Positions 15,691-30,300 of a stretch of 64,000 nt of DNA are shown piece after piece (the stretch's first letter is position 1; each line of letters starts with the position of its first letter). Under the pieces are notes generated by a model. The model was not told the DNA's origin. It did not search any database and worked only from the letters and a program-made list of their open reading frames with translations. Made by a program: the position numbers and the translations under genes. The DNA comes from Nemertoderma westbladi (lineage: Eukaryota > Animalia > Xenacoelomorpha): NCBI GenBank assembly GCA_032718475.1, contig JAUCBJ010005383.1, positions 16,300-80,299 on the forward strand, given 5' to 3'.

Positions 15691-16674
15691 GGTGTTCGGA
15701 CACTTCCCCCCCCCGGACAGTTCCCCCACGGACAGTTCCCCCCCCCCCCCCCCCCCCCGCTCAAGTAGGACACTTCCCCCCGGACACTTCCCCCCAGACA
15801 CCCCCCCCCCCCGGACACTTCCCCCCCAGACACTCCCCCCCCCCCCCGACTGTTCTTAACTTTGCACATTCGTATTTTTCATTTTGTAAGGTAAACGGAC
15901 CGCTTGTATCCAGACAAGTTGTATCCAATTTTCCTTTCGTAGCTCAGAAAGTGATCTTTTGCATCCCGATTTTACATTTTGTATCCAAGTTTTATTTATG
16001 GGTTTTATGAATGCAATTACATCGTATTGTTTGCTAATCTTTAAACAATTAATTAGATGACCTATAAATTCCATCCCCCGAATGATATACTGTTTTTATT
16101 AACTATAGAATTATAACAATTAATTGTTTTAATTATAGGTATTATTATGTAATAGACTTCTTCAAATTGTAGCAGATGGGGATGAATATTATTGTTGCAA
16201 TCAAAATTATACCTCTCCAGGGTAAAATCGACATGCGTCGACCTGTATTCTGTGTTCAGCATTACTTATTGATATACATATTACTTGGGGGCGGCATCCC
16301 CCAAGAAAAGAAGCGGGGGTTTGGGGGCGGCAGCCCCCAAGAAAAGAAGCGGGGGTTTGGGGGCGGCAGCCCCCAAGAAAAGAAGCAGGGGTTTGGGGGC
16401 GGTAGCCCCCAACAAAAGAAAAACAAACAAAATTTGACTATAAAAATGTTTCTCTTATAATTTTGAAAAAACTTGTCTAGATACAACTTGTCCTGTAAAG
16501 ATCTTTAACTTTTGTTTATTGCTTTGATGCACCTGGGGGGGGGGGGAGTGTCCGGGGGGCAAGTGTCCGGGGGAGTGTCCGGGGGGGGAAGTGTCCTACT
16601 TGGGCGGGGGGGGGGGGGAAGTGTCCGGGGGGGGGGGGGGGGGGAACTGTCCGGGGGGGAAGTGTCCTAGATCC
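15691..16674. mobile_element. Non-autonomous TIR element (Mutator/MULE-like MITE)
   Basis: Ends are inverted arrays of GGACACTTCCCCC / GGGGGAAGTGTCC with GG...CC termini. A 9-bp TSD ATATATTAC lies at 15682-15690 and 16675-16683. An internal 33-bp repeat with GGGGGCggcaGCCCCC hairpins occurs 4 times (~16286-16410). Confidence 0.8.
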
Positions 16675-16920
16675 ATATATTACATATAAATTAATCATTT
16701 ATAGGAAGGGATCTAGGGGTCTTAACCTCGAATGATAAGTTTATTTTACCGAAAATAACTTATCTTTTATTGGCGCAATTGTATGACTAATCCCATCAGA
16801 TGCCTACTTTTTAACCGGGTAGTGTACAAATTTAGGAATCGCGTAATTTTTATTGAAATTAATATCTCATATCTCTCCAAACCACGTACGCGTTTCGAAC
16901 TTACTGTGTCTCTTCAGCGT

Positions 16921-16983
16921 GGTTTGGGATTCGAACCTGGGACCTGGAGGTGGAAGCCGAGACTACAACCACTAGGCCACAGG
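16921..16983 (-). mobile_element. tRNA-derived SINE head (degenerate)
   Basis: The reverse strand reads GTGGCCTAGTGG (A box) ... GGTTCGAATCC (B box). The anticodon and acceptor stems do not pair. Confidence 0.6.
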
Positions 16984-17801
16984 TTCTTGAGATATGGAGT
17001 ATTAATTTCAAAGCCAGCAGCCATTTTTATTAGCCCCTGATTTTTGATTATTGATAGTAACAATGTGTTGGCAAGCTGTAGATGCAGTGCCGGCTTGTCG
17101 ACAAAATTGCGCCGCCACAACTCCCTATCACCCATGACATTTGCTAGATCATCTGCATCTTCAAGGCCAGTGTCCTTTAAGATGCGTCTCAAGAAAGTCA
17201 TGGGCTGTCCACCATGCTTATTCACTCCATGAGGCTGCCAAAGTACAAGATTATGCACTGGCTGGTCCTCACGGCGAAAGCAATGTCCTGTAAAGTGGAT
17301 GCGGTTCCGTTCAAGTGCCAAGCTAGGGGAGACTAATGAAACACCTCCAATGTTGTATAGTGTCTGATTGGAGATGTGTGCATTGTACTTGACACAATGA
17401 ACCCGGCGTAGCATTCTTGTGAAAGTGCCATCCAGAGATTTGGTATCCTCTGCAGTTAGAGCCCAGCATGGACTCCCATGCCATATAAGAGTACTGGTAC
17501 TATTGCTGCCATAAATACTCGAACCTTAAGGTTCCGTTTTATTGTATCCAAATCCCAATTCTGGACAAACTATTTAACGCAGCCCATGCCTTCCCCTTAC
17601 GTATCCGAAGGTCTTCAACTGACTTTCTGATCCATGATCCCAGGTAGCAGAAGTCATCCACCTGCTCAAGCAAGCCGTCCATAGCGCTTATGCCCTTACG
17701 ATAAGACATTTCTTGAGGGCTCAACTATACGTCTGTACTATACTATATGCTAAGGTCTCAGGTAGCTATTAGGACATTCATTACAGGTCGGATTTCATAG
17801 C

Positions 17802-18215
17802 CCAGGTCGGAGTAGGAGGCCAGGTCGGAGCCCAGGTCGGAGTAGGGCTGGTCGGAGTAGGGCTGGTCGGAGAAGGGCTGGTCGGAGTAGGGCTGGTCGG
17901 AGTAGGGCTGGTCGGAGTAGGGCTGGTCGGAGTAGGGCTGGTCGAAGTAGGGCTGGTCGGAGTAGGGCTGGTCGGAGTAGGGCTGGTCGGAGTAGGGCTG
18001 GTCGGAGTAGGACTGGTCGGAGTAGGGCTGGTTGGAGTAGGGCTGGTCGGAGTAGGGCTGGTCGGAGTAGGGCTGGTCGAAGTAGGGCTGGTCAGAGTAG
18101 GGCTGGTCGGAGTAGGGCTGGTCGAAGTAGGGCTGGTCGGAGTAGGGCTGGTCGGAGTAGGGCTCCGGTCTCGGGCTCCGGCTCCTACTCCGGTCGGAGT
18201 AGGGCTGGTCGGAGC
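17802..18215. repeat. 15-bp G-rich minisatellite (GGTCGGAGTAGGGCT)n, ~25 copies
   Basis: Direct inspection. A short inverted copy (GGCTCCTACTCCG) occurs near 18180. Confidence 0.95.
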
Positions 18216-18375
18216 CCGGCTGGACTTTGAAACTCTATTTGAGCTTCCAAGCCAAGATGATATGCGAAATAGGCATAAAGCGTATTATATTCGTAAAGAA
18301 AAAACAGAGTAGTTGGCCATGATCAATCAAGGTCTATCATATTATATTGAGATATATTATATACTTACAGAAAAA

Positions 18376-21300
18376 TCATATTGTACTTAGAGTTATAAGA
18401 ATAATTCTAAAAATATAAAGACACTTAATAATATTAGTAGATGAATAAACATCAATCAGCTTTAGAGTTATCTCAAAGGGAAACGTAGTACATAAATCCC
18501 ATTTAAAAACATTGAAAAATTCTCTGTAACTACACAAAACCTTTTGTGTCTGATCTACAGGCTTAGGGAACACGATAATTAGAGGCAACGTGTTGCTAAC
18601 AAAATTACAGAGATGCTTCGTAATAGCCGAGGTAAAGTAATGTGGTGATCTCTCTCGACACAGTATAGAATCATTTAATACTCCTACGATATCAGCTAGG
18701 TTGACATCATGCTTATCTAATGCAGTCTCGGTTAAATCCTTTACGCGGTGTAGTATTTTGGACGGGAAGGATTGTGATTGGTTGACAGTTAATTGGTATG
18801 GTGAGATTTCACTTGGATTTGACTTTGTAGTAGAGTCGTCATTGTTTATAATGGTTTCTGATTGGTTGACAGTTAATTTGTATGGTGAGTTTTTACATCG
18901 ATTTGACTTTGTGTTTGAGGCATCTATGACCGTCTCTGAATTGTCGATAGTAAATTTGGATTGGTTTTCTTGAAGTAATTGGGATACACGGTGGATCCAG
19001 TGTTCCCATCGCTCGGTTTTGTGATATCTCCATCAGGTCAGGCTAAAAAAGCACAAATAATATGAAAATGGAGACGGAGATAATATTTATATTGTAGAAA
19101 CAGAAGGGGGGGGGGGGGGCACTCCATGAAAAAAAGTGAATCTATGGGATAAAATCAACGCAAATAATACCTGATGACAAGCAAACTTTCGACTAGAACA
19201 TGTGCTGGAGAACTGGAGGGCCCCGATAGGCCCACACAGATAAACTAATGATAATGGATAAAATTAGGATTGGAATTGTCACTAGTTATAATTTACCAGT
19301 CGCTTTGCTCTCGCAAATACGACGGGAGAATATCTGAATTGAAGTCAACGTAAATTAATTTTGTTACATTATGTCAACGTAACAGCGTTCTGGTGAATTA
19401 CTCGTAACGCTGCAAAGTACTACTAATCAATGACATGGAAACAACTTCAATACCCGTATTCCAGAATGTATTATACCTTTAGTGTCGCCGTGTCCGAGTG
19501 GATACGGTGGATACGGCGGATACGGCGCCTGAACTGAATAGTGTTTGGTGGCGCAGGTTCGAATCCGACTAAAGGCTGTAGAAATTTCGCACTGTTGTGT
19601 CCCTAGGCAAGACACTTTAGACACTAGTGCCTACGCCAACCCAACGGTATAATGGGAACCTGGCTTTGCTGGGGTAATAATAATAAGAGCGCTTTGAGTG
19701 TGCCGAGCGTAGAAAAGCGCTATATCAATCCAATATTATTATTATTATTATTATGTCCATTTATGTTAATGAGTGCTGCTTTATTATCCAGTTTGTAGTG
19801 ACGGGACTAGCTACTGTATGTAAATAATTGTTTAACGTGTACTGTAATCCATTATGGCGAAACGTCCAAAAATGGCGTGCCGAAAATGGCAACAGTGTTC
19901 AGTAAAACTGAACGGACACAGACGGTGACTAATTTTGCTTCAGTCGACTGTCGATTAATGATTTATCACATCCAAGCAGGAGATAAACTTCCAATAAACT
20001 TTAATTAGATTTAAATGTATAATTAATACTGTGTACCTGTTAATAAATTTCACTTATATTCGATATAGTACATGATTAACATGTATACCGACTAATACAT
20101 GAGTATTATACATGAGTATCCATAAAATCCTATCTTCACATACCGAACGCTGATAAGTTGACATAATGTAACAAAATTACATACATCATTGCTTGCAAAG
20201 GTCACTTTTCAGCGTTAAAGACCCTAGTTTATTTATATAAACCTCCCTCGCTGCGCTCGCTCGGTACATTAAACTCGGGTCATAACGCTGCAAAGTGCTA
20301 CTTTGCACACAATGATGATGTAAATCGTAACGACGTGAAGGGCTTGTACGTTAAACCTAACAAAGAAACATTTTGAAAAACATATTTTGCAATATAACTC
20401 ACCTCAAGCTCGGTAATTCGATCGTCCTTCGTTTTAATTCGCTTAATTTTATCCAATTCGGCTTCAACTAACGGTACCAAATGCTTCTTGATAAAATTAT
20501 TTATACGGCTGTGAGCTTGTCTCCTAGAAACATTCGTGGCAGCTGCTATAACCCTTTGACTTGTATCTTGAGGTAACATGTTATGGAGGACAGTGGCAGC
20601 TCTTTCGTCACAAAACCTAGCAAAAATATATTAATGATTCTAGAATAAAAAAACCATTTGACAAATAATTTGAGCAATAATCGTATATTCTATAGTAAAG
20701 TGTCTAATTATTCAAAATTAAAGCTCTCCTTAGTTTCTAAAAGGGTACCTTCTACACATTACATTATTAGCAATTTTTCAATATTATTTTTTTATACAAA
20801 AAACTTCGTTGTGTAAAAAATATATGAGGATGGCGAGAAGTTCTTTCAGAGGTGAATTTACAAATTACCCGGACGGATTATTGGGGAAACTAGAATTAAA
20901 GGAGACTTTGCAGAAACGAAATAATTACATGAAAATGGTGAGTCACATTAAAGCTATTATACAATCAATGGTCGGGCACATACTACAGTACAGTAGTAAC
21001 TGGTGTTAATATATTACAGTAGTATGGAATAACTGGTGTGAATCTATTACAGTAGTATGGAATAACTGGTGTTAATATATTACAGTAGTATGGAATAACT
21101 GGTGTGAATCTATTACAGTAGTATGGAATAACTGGTGTTAATATATTACAGTAGTATGGAATAACTGGTGTGTATCTATTACAGTAGTATGGAATAACTG
21201 GTGTGTATCTATTACAGTAGTATGGAATAACTGGTGTGAATATATTACAGTAGTATGGAATAACTGGTGTGAATCTATTACAGTAGTATGGAATAACTGG

Positions 21301-24300
21301 TGTGAATATATTACAGTAGTATGGAATAACTGGTGTTAATATATTACTGTAGTATTGAATAACTGGTGTGTATCTATTACAGTAGTATGGAATAACTGGT
21401 GTGAATATATTACAGTAGTATGGAATAACTGGTGTTAATATATTACAGTAGTATGGAATAACTGGTGTGAATATATTACAGTAGTATGGAATAACTGGTG
21501 TGTATCTATTACAGTAGTATGGAATAACTGGTGTGTATCTATTACAGTAGTATGGAATAACTGGTGTGTATCTATTACAGTAGTATGGAATAACTGGTGT
21601 GAATATATTACAGTAGTATGGAATAACTGGTGTGAATATATTACAGTAGTATGGAATAACTGGTGTGTATCTATTACAGTAGTATGGAATAACTGGTGTG
21701 TATCTATTACAGTAGTATGGAATAACTGGTGTGTATCTATTACAGTAGTATGGAATAACTGGTGTGAATATATTACAGTAGTATGGAATAACTGGTGTGA
21801 ATATATTACAGTAGTATGGAATAACTGGTGTGTATCTATTACAGTAGCATGGAATAACTGATGTGTATCTATTACAGTAGTATGGAATAACTGGTGTTAA
21901 TATATTACAGTAGTATGGAATAACTGGTGTTAATATATTACAGTAGTATGGAATAACTGGTGTGAATCTATTACAGTAGTATGGAATAACTGGTGTTAAT
22001 ATATTACAGTAGTATGGAATAACTGGTGTGAATCTATTACAGTAGTATGGAATAACTGGTGTGTATCTATTACAGTAGTATGGAATAACTGGTGTGTATC
22101 TATTACAGTAGTATGGAATAACTGGTGTTAATATATTACAGTAGTATGGAATAACTGGTGTTAATATATTACAGTAGTATGGAATAACTGGTGTTAATCT
22201 ATTACAGTAGTATGGAATAACTGGTGTTAATATATTACAGTAGTATGGAATAACTGGTGTGAATCTATTACAGTAGTATGGAATAACTGGTGTGTATCTA
22301 TTACAGTAGTATGGAATAACTGGTGTGTATCTATTACAGTAGTATGGAATAACTGGTGTGTATCTATTACAGTAGTATGGAATAACTGGTGTGAATATAT
22401 TACAGTAGTATGGAATAACTGGTGTGAATATATTACAGTAGTATGGAATAACTGGTGTGTATCTATTACAGTAGCATGGAATAACTGATGTGTATCTATT
22501 ACAGTAGTATGGAATAACTGGTGTTAATATATTACAGTAGTATGGAATAACTGGTGTTAATATATTACAGTAGTATGGAATAACTGGTGTGAATCTATTA
22601 CAGTAGTATGGAATAACTGGTGTTAATATATTACAGTAGTATGGAATAACTGGTGTGAATCTATTACAGTAGTATGGAATAACTGGTGTTAATATATTAC
22701 AGTAGTATGGAATAACTGGTGTGAATCTATTACAGTAGTATGGAATAACTGGTGTTAATATATTACAGTAGTATGGAATAACTGGTGTTAATATATTACA
22801 GTAGTATGGAATAACTGGTGTTAATATATTACAGTAGTATGGAATAACTGGTGTGAATCTATTACAGTAGTATGGAATAACTGGTGTGTATCTATTACAG
22901 TAGTATGGAATAACTGGTGTTAATATATTACAGTAGTATGGAATAACTGGTGTGAATCTATTACAATAGTATGGAATAACTGGTGTTAATATATTACAGT
23001 AGTACGGAATAACTGGTGTGAATATATTACAGTAGTATGGAATAACTGGTGTGAATCTATTACAGTAGTATGGAATAACTGGTGTGGATCTATTACAGTA
23101 GTATGGAATAACTGGTGTGTAACTATTACAGTAGTATGGAATAACTGATGTGAATCTATTACAGTAGTATGGAATAACTGGTGTTAATATATTACAGTAG
23201 TATGGAATAACTGGTGTTAATATATTACAGTAGTATGGAATAACTGGTGTGAATATATTACAGTAGTATGGAATAACTGGTGTGAATCTATTACAGTAGT
23301 ATGGAATAACTGGTGTGGATCTATTACAGTAGTATGGAATAACTGGTGTTAAAATATTACAGTAGTATGGAATAACTGGTGTGAATCTATTACAGTAGTA
23401 TGGAATAACTGGTGTGTATCTATTACAGTAGTATGGAATAACTGGTATGTATCTATTACAGTAGTATGGAATAACTGATGTGAATATATTACAGTAGTAT
23501 GGAATAACTGATGTGAATCTATTAAAGTAGTATGGAATAACTGGTGTTAATATATTACAGTAGTATGGAATAACTGGTGTGAATCTATTACAGTAGTATG
23601 GAATAACTGGTGTTAATATATTACAGTAGTATGGAATAACTGGTGTGAATATATTACAGTAGTATGGAATAACTGGTGTGAATCTATTACAGTAGTATGG
23701 AATAACTGGTGTGGAACTATTACAGTAGTATGGAATAACTGGTGTGTAACTATTACAGTAGTATGGAATAACTGATGTGAATCTATTACAGTAGTATGGA
23801 ATAACTGGTGTTAATATATTACAGTAGTATGGAATAACTGGTGTTAATATATTACAGTAGTATGGAATAACTGGTGTGAATATATTACAGCAGTATGGAA
23901 TAACTGGTGTGAATCTATTACAGTAGTATGGAATAACTGGTGTGGATCTATTACAGTAGTATGGAATAACTGGTGTGTAACTATTACAGTAGTATGGAAT
24001 AACTGGTGTGTATCTATTACAGTAGTATGGAATAATTCTTGGACATTTGGTACGGGACGTAATGTTAGCGAGAAACAGAGAATAATTTGTGCAGCGTATA
24101 ACGGCAGCTGTAAGTCTTATAATCGGACTACTACTATGATCGGCATGCTGCATTGCAGCTGCATTTTTAAGAATGCTGTGCCGGCTTGTCGACAAAATTG
24201 CGCCGCCACAACTCCCTATCACCCATGACATTTGCTAGATCATCCGCATATTCAAGGCCAGTGTCCTTTAAGATGCGTCTCAAGAAAGTCATGGGCTGTC

Positions 24301-27300
24301 CACCATGCTTATTCACTCCATGAGGCTGCCAAAGTACAAGATTATGCAATGGCTGGTCATCACGGCGAAAGCAATGTCCTGCAAAGCGGAGGCGATTTTG
24401 TTCTAGTGTCAAGCTTGGGGGAACCAATGAGACACCTTCAATGTTATATAGTGTCTGGTTGGAGATGTGTGCATTGTACTTGACACAATGAACCCGGCGT
24501 AGCATTCTTATGAATGTACCATCCAGAGATTTGGTGTCCTGAGCAGTTAGAGCCCAGCATGGACTCCCATAGAGGAGTACTGGAACTACTGCTGCTCTAA
24601 ATAATCGGACCTTAAGTTTCCGATTAATTCTCGGTGACTTCCAAATCCTGGAAAGCCTATTCAAGGCTGCCCATGCCTTTCCCTTACGTATTCGAAGGTC
24701 CTCACCTGACTTCCGGATCCATGATCCCAGGTAACAGAAGTCGTCCACATGCTCAAGCATACCATCCTTTGAGCTTATGCTCATCCGATCAGAGACTTGT
24801 GGAGGACTTTCAAAGTTAACTGTCAAATTTGTGGTCTTTCTGGAGTTAATAAAAAGAACAACACTAGAAGCAGCATGTTCTAATGAGCTGAGGAGCCGTT
24901 GGGCTCCCTCTAGTGATTCTGAGAGTACTCCTAAGTCATCAGCAAAGTCTAGATCAGTTAGGTACTTGGCAGGATTTCCTCGACTTCTGGAGCCAGTAGG
25001 TGGAGTTATCATCACCCCATCATCATTATGATGATCTAAGGACATGCGTAGAACATAGTCAACCACAATTATGAACAAGAATGGTGCAAGTGTGTCTCCC
25101 TGGAGGACGCCCCATAACACTTCAAATGGTTCTGTGTCACCGTCAACAGTAGACACAAATGTTGTCGAACCATCGTATACTGATCTGATTGCTGCAATAA
25201 TTTCATCAGGAATCCCATATAATGAAAGTATGCTGAACATACGTGAGCGAGAGACTGAATCAAAGGCCTTGAAGAAGTCAACAAAAATAACAGCCAGATG
25301 CCTGTCTTTCTTTTTTGATAACTCTTCAATTATCCTTCTAAGTGCCAAAAGCTGTAAGTCTAATAATCGGAGCAAATTGCGCAAAATGAACGCCAACTGT
25401 GTGTTTAATAGGGTGTAAAACTGAATTTAAATTAAAGCATTTAGGGGAAGGAGCAGGTTACAGTGTAGGAGTTTCCAACCAAAGCAATAAAGAAAATGTT
25501 ATGCAATACACTACCAAATTGCGCTGAAGATCACTTTTTCAATCGCAATTAATGTGCGCCACTGTGTGAAAATCATATGGTTTACAATCTCCAGCGTAGT
25601 AGGATTTATCGTAGGTTTACAATCTCCGGCGTAGTAGGCTTTATCGTAGGATTACAATCTCCCGCGTAGTAGGCTTTATCGTAGGTTTACAATCTCCAGC
25701 GTAGTAGGCTTTATCGTAGGTTTACAATCTCCAGGGTAGTAGGCTTTATCGTAGGTTTACAATCTCCCGCGTAGTAGGCTTTATCGTATGATTACAATCT
25801 CCAGCGTAGTAGGCTTTATCGTATGATTACAATCTCCAGCGTAGTAGGCTTTATCGTATGATTACAATCTCCAGCGTAGTAGGCTTTATCGTATGATTAC
25901 AATCTCCAGCGTAGTAGGCTTTATCGTAGGTTTACAATCTCCCGCGTAGTAGGATTTATCGTAGGTTTACAATCTCCAGCGTAGTAGGATTTATCGTAGG
26001 TTTACAATCTCCGGCGTAGTAGGCTTTATCGTAGGATTACAATCTCCCGCGTAGTAGGCTTTATCGTAGGTTTACAATCTCCAGCGTAGTAGGCTTTATC
26101 GTAGGTTTACAATCTCCAGGGTAGTAGGCTTTATCGTAGGTTTACAATCTCCCGCGTAGTAGGCTTTATCGTATGATTACAATCTCCCGCGTAGTAGGAT
26201 TTATCGTAGGTTTACAATCTCCAGTGTAGTAGGCTTTATCGTATGATTACAATCTCCAGCGTAGTAGGCTTTATCGTAGGTTTACAATCTCCCGCGTAGT
26301 AGGATTTATCGTAGGTTTACAATCTCCAGCGTAGTAGGCTTTATCGTATGATTACAATCTCCAGCGTAGTAGGCTTTATCGTATGATTACAATCTCCAGC
26401 GTAGTAGGCTTTATCGTAGGTTTACAATCTCCCGCGTAGTAGGATTTATCGTAGGTTTACAATCTCCAGCGTAGTAGGATTTATCGTAGGTTTACAATCT
26501 CCGGCGTAGTAGGCTTTATCGTAGGATTACAATCTCCCGCGTAGTAGGCTTTATCGTAGGTTTACAATCTCCAGCGTAGTAGGCTTTATCGTATGATTAC
26601 AATCTCCAGCGTAGTAGGCTTTATCGTATGATTACAATCTCCAGCGTAGTAGGCTTTATCGTAGGTTTACAATCTCCCGCGTAGTAGGATTTATCGTAGG
26701 TTTACAATCTCCAGCGTAGTAGGCTTTATCGTATGATTACAATCTCCAGCGTAGTAGGCTTTATCGTATGATTACAATCTCCCGCGTAGTAGGATTTATC
26801 GTAGGTTTACAATCTCCCGCGTAGTAGGAATTATCGTAGGTTTACAATCTCCCGCGTAGTAGGCTTTATCGTAGGTTTACAATCTCCCGCGTAGTAGGAT
26901 TTATCGTAGGTTTACAATCTCCAGCGTAGTAGGCTTTATCGTATGATTACAATCTCCAGCGTAGTAGGCTTTATCGTATGATTACAATCTCCCGCGTAGT
27001 AGGATTTATCGTAGGTTTACAATCTCCCGCGTAGTAGGAATTATCGTAGGTTTACAATCTCCAGCGTAGTAGGCTTTATCGTAGGTTTACAATCTCCAGG
27101 GTAGTAGGCTTTATCGTAGGTTTACTATCTCCAGCGTAGTAGGCTTTATCGTAGGTTTACAATCTCCCGCGTAGTAGGCTTTATCGTAGGTTTACAATCT
27201 CCAGGGTAGTAGGCTTTATCGTAGGTTTACTATCTCCAGCGTAGTAGGCTTTATCGTAGGTTTACAATCTCTCGCGTAGTAGGCTTTATCGTAGGTTTAC

Positions 27301-30300
27301 AATCTCCAGGGTAGTAGGCTTTATCGTAGGTTTACAATCTCCCGCGTAGTAGGCTTTATCGTAGGTTTACAATCTCCCGCGTAGTAGGCTTTAACGTAGG
27401 TTTACAATCTCCCGCGTAGTAGGCTTATCGTAGGACTACAATCTCCCGCGTAGTAGGATTTATCGTAGGTTTACAATCTCCCGCGTAGTAGGCTTTATCG
27501 TAGGTTTACAATCTCCAGCGTAGTAGGCTTTATCGTAGGTTTACATCTCCAGGGTAGTAGGCTTTATCGTAGGTTTACAATCTCCGGCGTAGTAGGCTTT
27601 ATCGTAGGATTACAATCTCCCGCGTAGTAGGATTTATCGTAGGTTTACAATCTCCCGCGTAGTAGGCTTTATCGTAGGTTTACAATCTCCCGCGTAGTAG
27701 GCTTTATCGTAGGTTTACAATCTCCCGCGTAGTAGGCTTTATCGTAGGTTTACAATCTCCCGCGTAGTACGCTTTATCGTAGGTTTACAATCTCCCGCGT
27801 AGTAGGATTTATCGTAGGTTTACAATCTCCCGCGTAGTAGGCTTTATCGTATGATAAAGTCGTGTTTTTTTTATGGTTAATTTCTATTTAGCTTCACAAT
27901 GCGGCGCCTAGGATCGATTCGAGGTTATCACCAGTGTTTCTACAACTTAAGACGAACTATAAGGCGATAGAAGCCGCTGAACGCAACAAAAAAAGGATTG
28001 AAAAACATAACCTGTGAGTCGTTAATGATGTAAATGTAACAATTAGTCTGTCATTGAGACCACACAACGTGTCATTGTTCCACATAAACTAATGTAAATG
28101 TAACAATTAGTCTGTCATTGAGACCACACAACGTGTCATTGTTCCACATAAACTAATGTAAATGTAACAATTAGTCTGTCATTGAGACCACACAACGTGT
28201 CATTGTTCCACATAAACTAAATATTATTAAGTGAGACACTCCCAGTAAATGTTAATGTAAATGTAACAATTAGTCTGTCATTGAGACCACACAACGTGTC
28301 ATTGTTCCACATACACTAATGTAAATGTAACAATTAGTCTGTCATTGAGACCACACAACGTATCATTGTTCCACATAAACTAATGTAAATGTAACAATTA
28401 GTCTGTCATTGAGACCACACAACGTGTCATTGTTCCACATAAACTAATGTAAATGTAACAATTAGTCTGTCATTGAGACCACACAACGTGTCATTGTTCC
28501 ACATAAACTAATGTAAATGTAACAAGTAGTCTGTCATTGAGACCACACAACGTGTCATTGTTCCACATAAACTAATGTAAATGTAACAATTAGTCTGTCA
28601 TTGAGACCACACAACGTGGCATTGTTCCACATAAACTAATGTAAATGTAACAATTAGTCTGTCATTGAGACCACACAACGTGTCATTGTTCCACATAAAC
28701 TAATGTAAATGTAACAATTAGTCTGTCATTGAGACCACACAACGTGTCATTGTTCCACATAAACTAATGTAAATGTAACAATTAGTCTGTCATTGAGACC
28801 ACACAACGTGTCATTGTTCCACATAAACTAATGTAAATGTAACAAGTAGTCTGTCATTGAGACCACACAACGTGTCATTGTTCCACATAAACTAATGTAA
28901 ATGTAACAATTAGTCTGTCATTGAGACCACACAACGTGGCATTGTTCCACATAAACTAATGTAAATGTAACAATTAGTCTGTCATTGAGACCACACAACG
29001 TGTCATTGTTCCACATAAACTAATGTAAATGTAACAATTAGTCTGTCATTGAGACCACACAACGTGTCATTGTTCCACATAAACTAATGTAAATGTAACA
29101 ATTAGTCTGTCATTGAGACCACACAACGTGGCATTGTTCCACATAAACTAATGTAAATGTAACAATTAGTCTGTCATTGAGACCACACAACGTGTCATTG
29201 TTCCACATAAACTAATGTAAATGTAACAATTAGTCTGTCATTGAGACCACACAACGTGTCATTGTTCCACATAAACTAATGTAAATGTAACAATTAGTCT
29301 GTCATTGAGACCACACAACGTGTCATTGTTCCACATAAACTAATGTAAATGTAACAATTAGTCTGTCATTTGAGACCACACAACGTGTCATTGTTCCACA
29401 TAAACTAATGTAAATGTAACAATTAGTCTGTCATTGAGACCACACAACGTGTCATTGTTCCACATAAACTAATGTAAATGTAACAATTAGTCTGTCATTG
29501 AGACCACACAACGTGTCATTGTTCCACATAAACTAATGTAAATGTAACAATTAGTCTGTCATTGAGACCACACAACGTGTCATTGTTCCACATAAACTAA
29601 TGTAAATGTAACAATTAGTCTGTCATTGAGACCACACAACGTGTCATTGTTCCACATAACCTAATGTAAATGTAACAATTAGTCTGTCATTGAGACCACA
29701 CAACGTGTCATTGTTCCACATAAACTAATGTAAATGTAACAATTAGTCTGTCATTGAGACAACACAACGTGTCATTGTTCCCCATAAACTAATGTAAATG
29801 TAACAATTAGTCTGTCATTGAGACCACACAACGTGTCATTGTTCCACATAAACTAAATATTAAGTGAGACACTCCCAGTAAATGTTAATGTAAATGTAAC
29901 AATTAGTCTGTCATTGAGACCACACAACGTGTCATTGTTCCACATAAACTAATGTAAATGTAACAATTAGTCTGTCATTGAGACCACACAACGTGTCATT
30001 GTTCCACATAAACTAATGTAAATGTAACAATTAGTCTGTCATTGAGACAACACAACGTGTCATTGTTCCATATAAACTAAATGTAAATGTAACAATTAGT
30101 CTGTCATTGAGACCACACAACGTGTCATTGTTCCACATAAACTAATGCAAATGTAACAATTAGTCTGTCATTGAGACCACACAACGTGTCATTGTTCCAC
30201 ATAAACTAATGTAAATGTAACAATTAGTCTGTCATTGAGACCACACAACGTGTCATTGTTCCACATAAACTAATGTAAATGTAACAATTAGTCTGTCATT

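Larger units (their letters stand above)
15645..17730 (-). mobile_element. 5'-truncated, degenerate RTE-type LINE with its 3' UTR interrupted by nested insertions
   Basis: RT C-terminal region at ~17088-17720 (VDDFCYLGSWI, LRIRKGKAWAALN, GHCFRR..P) with frameshifts. The 3' UTR remnant and (TAG)n tail lie at 15645-15690. A 15-bp TSD GTCTGTACTATACTA occurs at 15630-15644 and 17731-17745. Confidence 0.85.

Noticed and set aside
18376-19035. UGA reassignment or selenocysteine to explain in-frame TGAs in codanin-1
   Set aside because: There is no in-frame TGA in ~990 CHDH codons or in the other genes, DRAM ends normally at TGA, and no SECIS was seen.
19484-19575. Functional tRNA genes here and at 16921-16983
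   Set aside because: A and B boxes are present but the cloverleaf is broken (GGATACGG triplication, unpaired stems), and this copy continues into a SINE body.
20983-24231. 1082-aa PVIPYYCN repeat ORF
   Set aside because: It is the translation of the 33-bp satellite, and its start lies in the 3' end of the RTE element.
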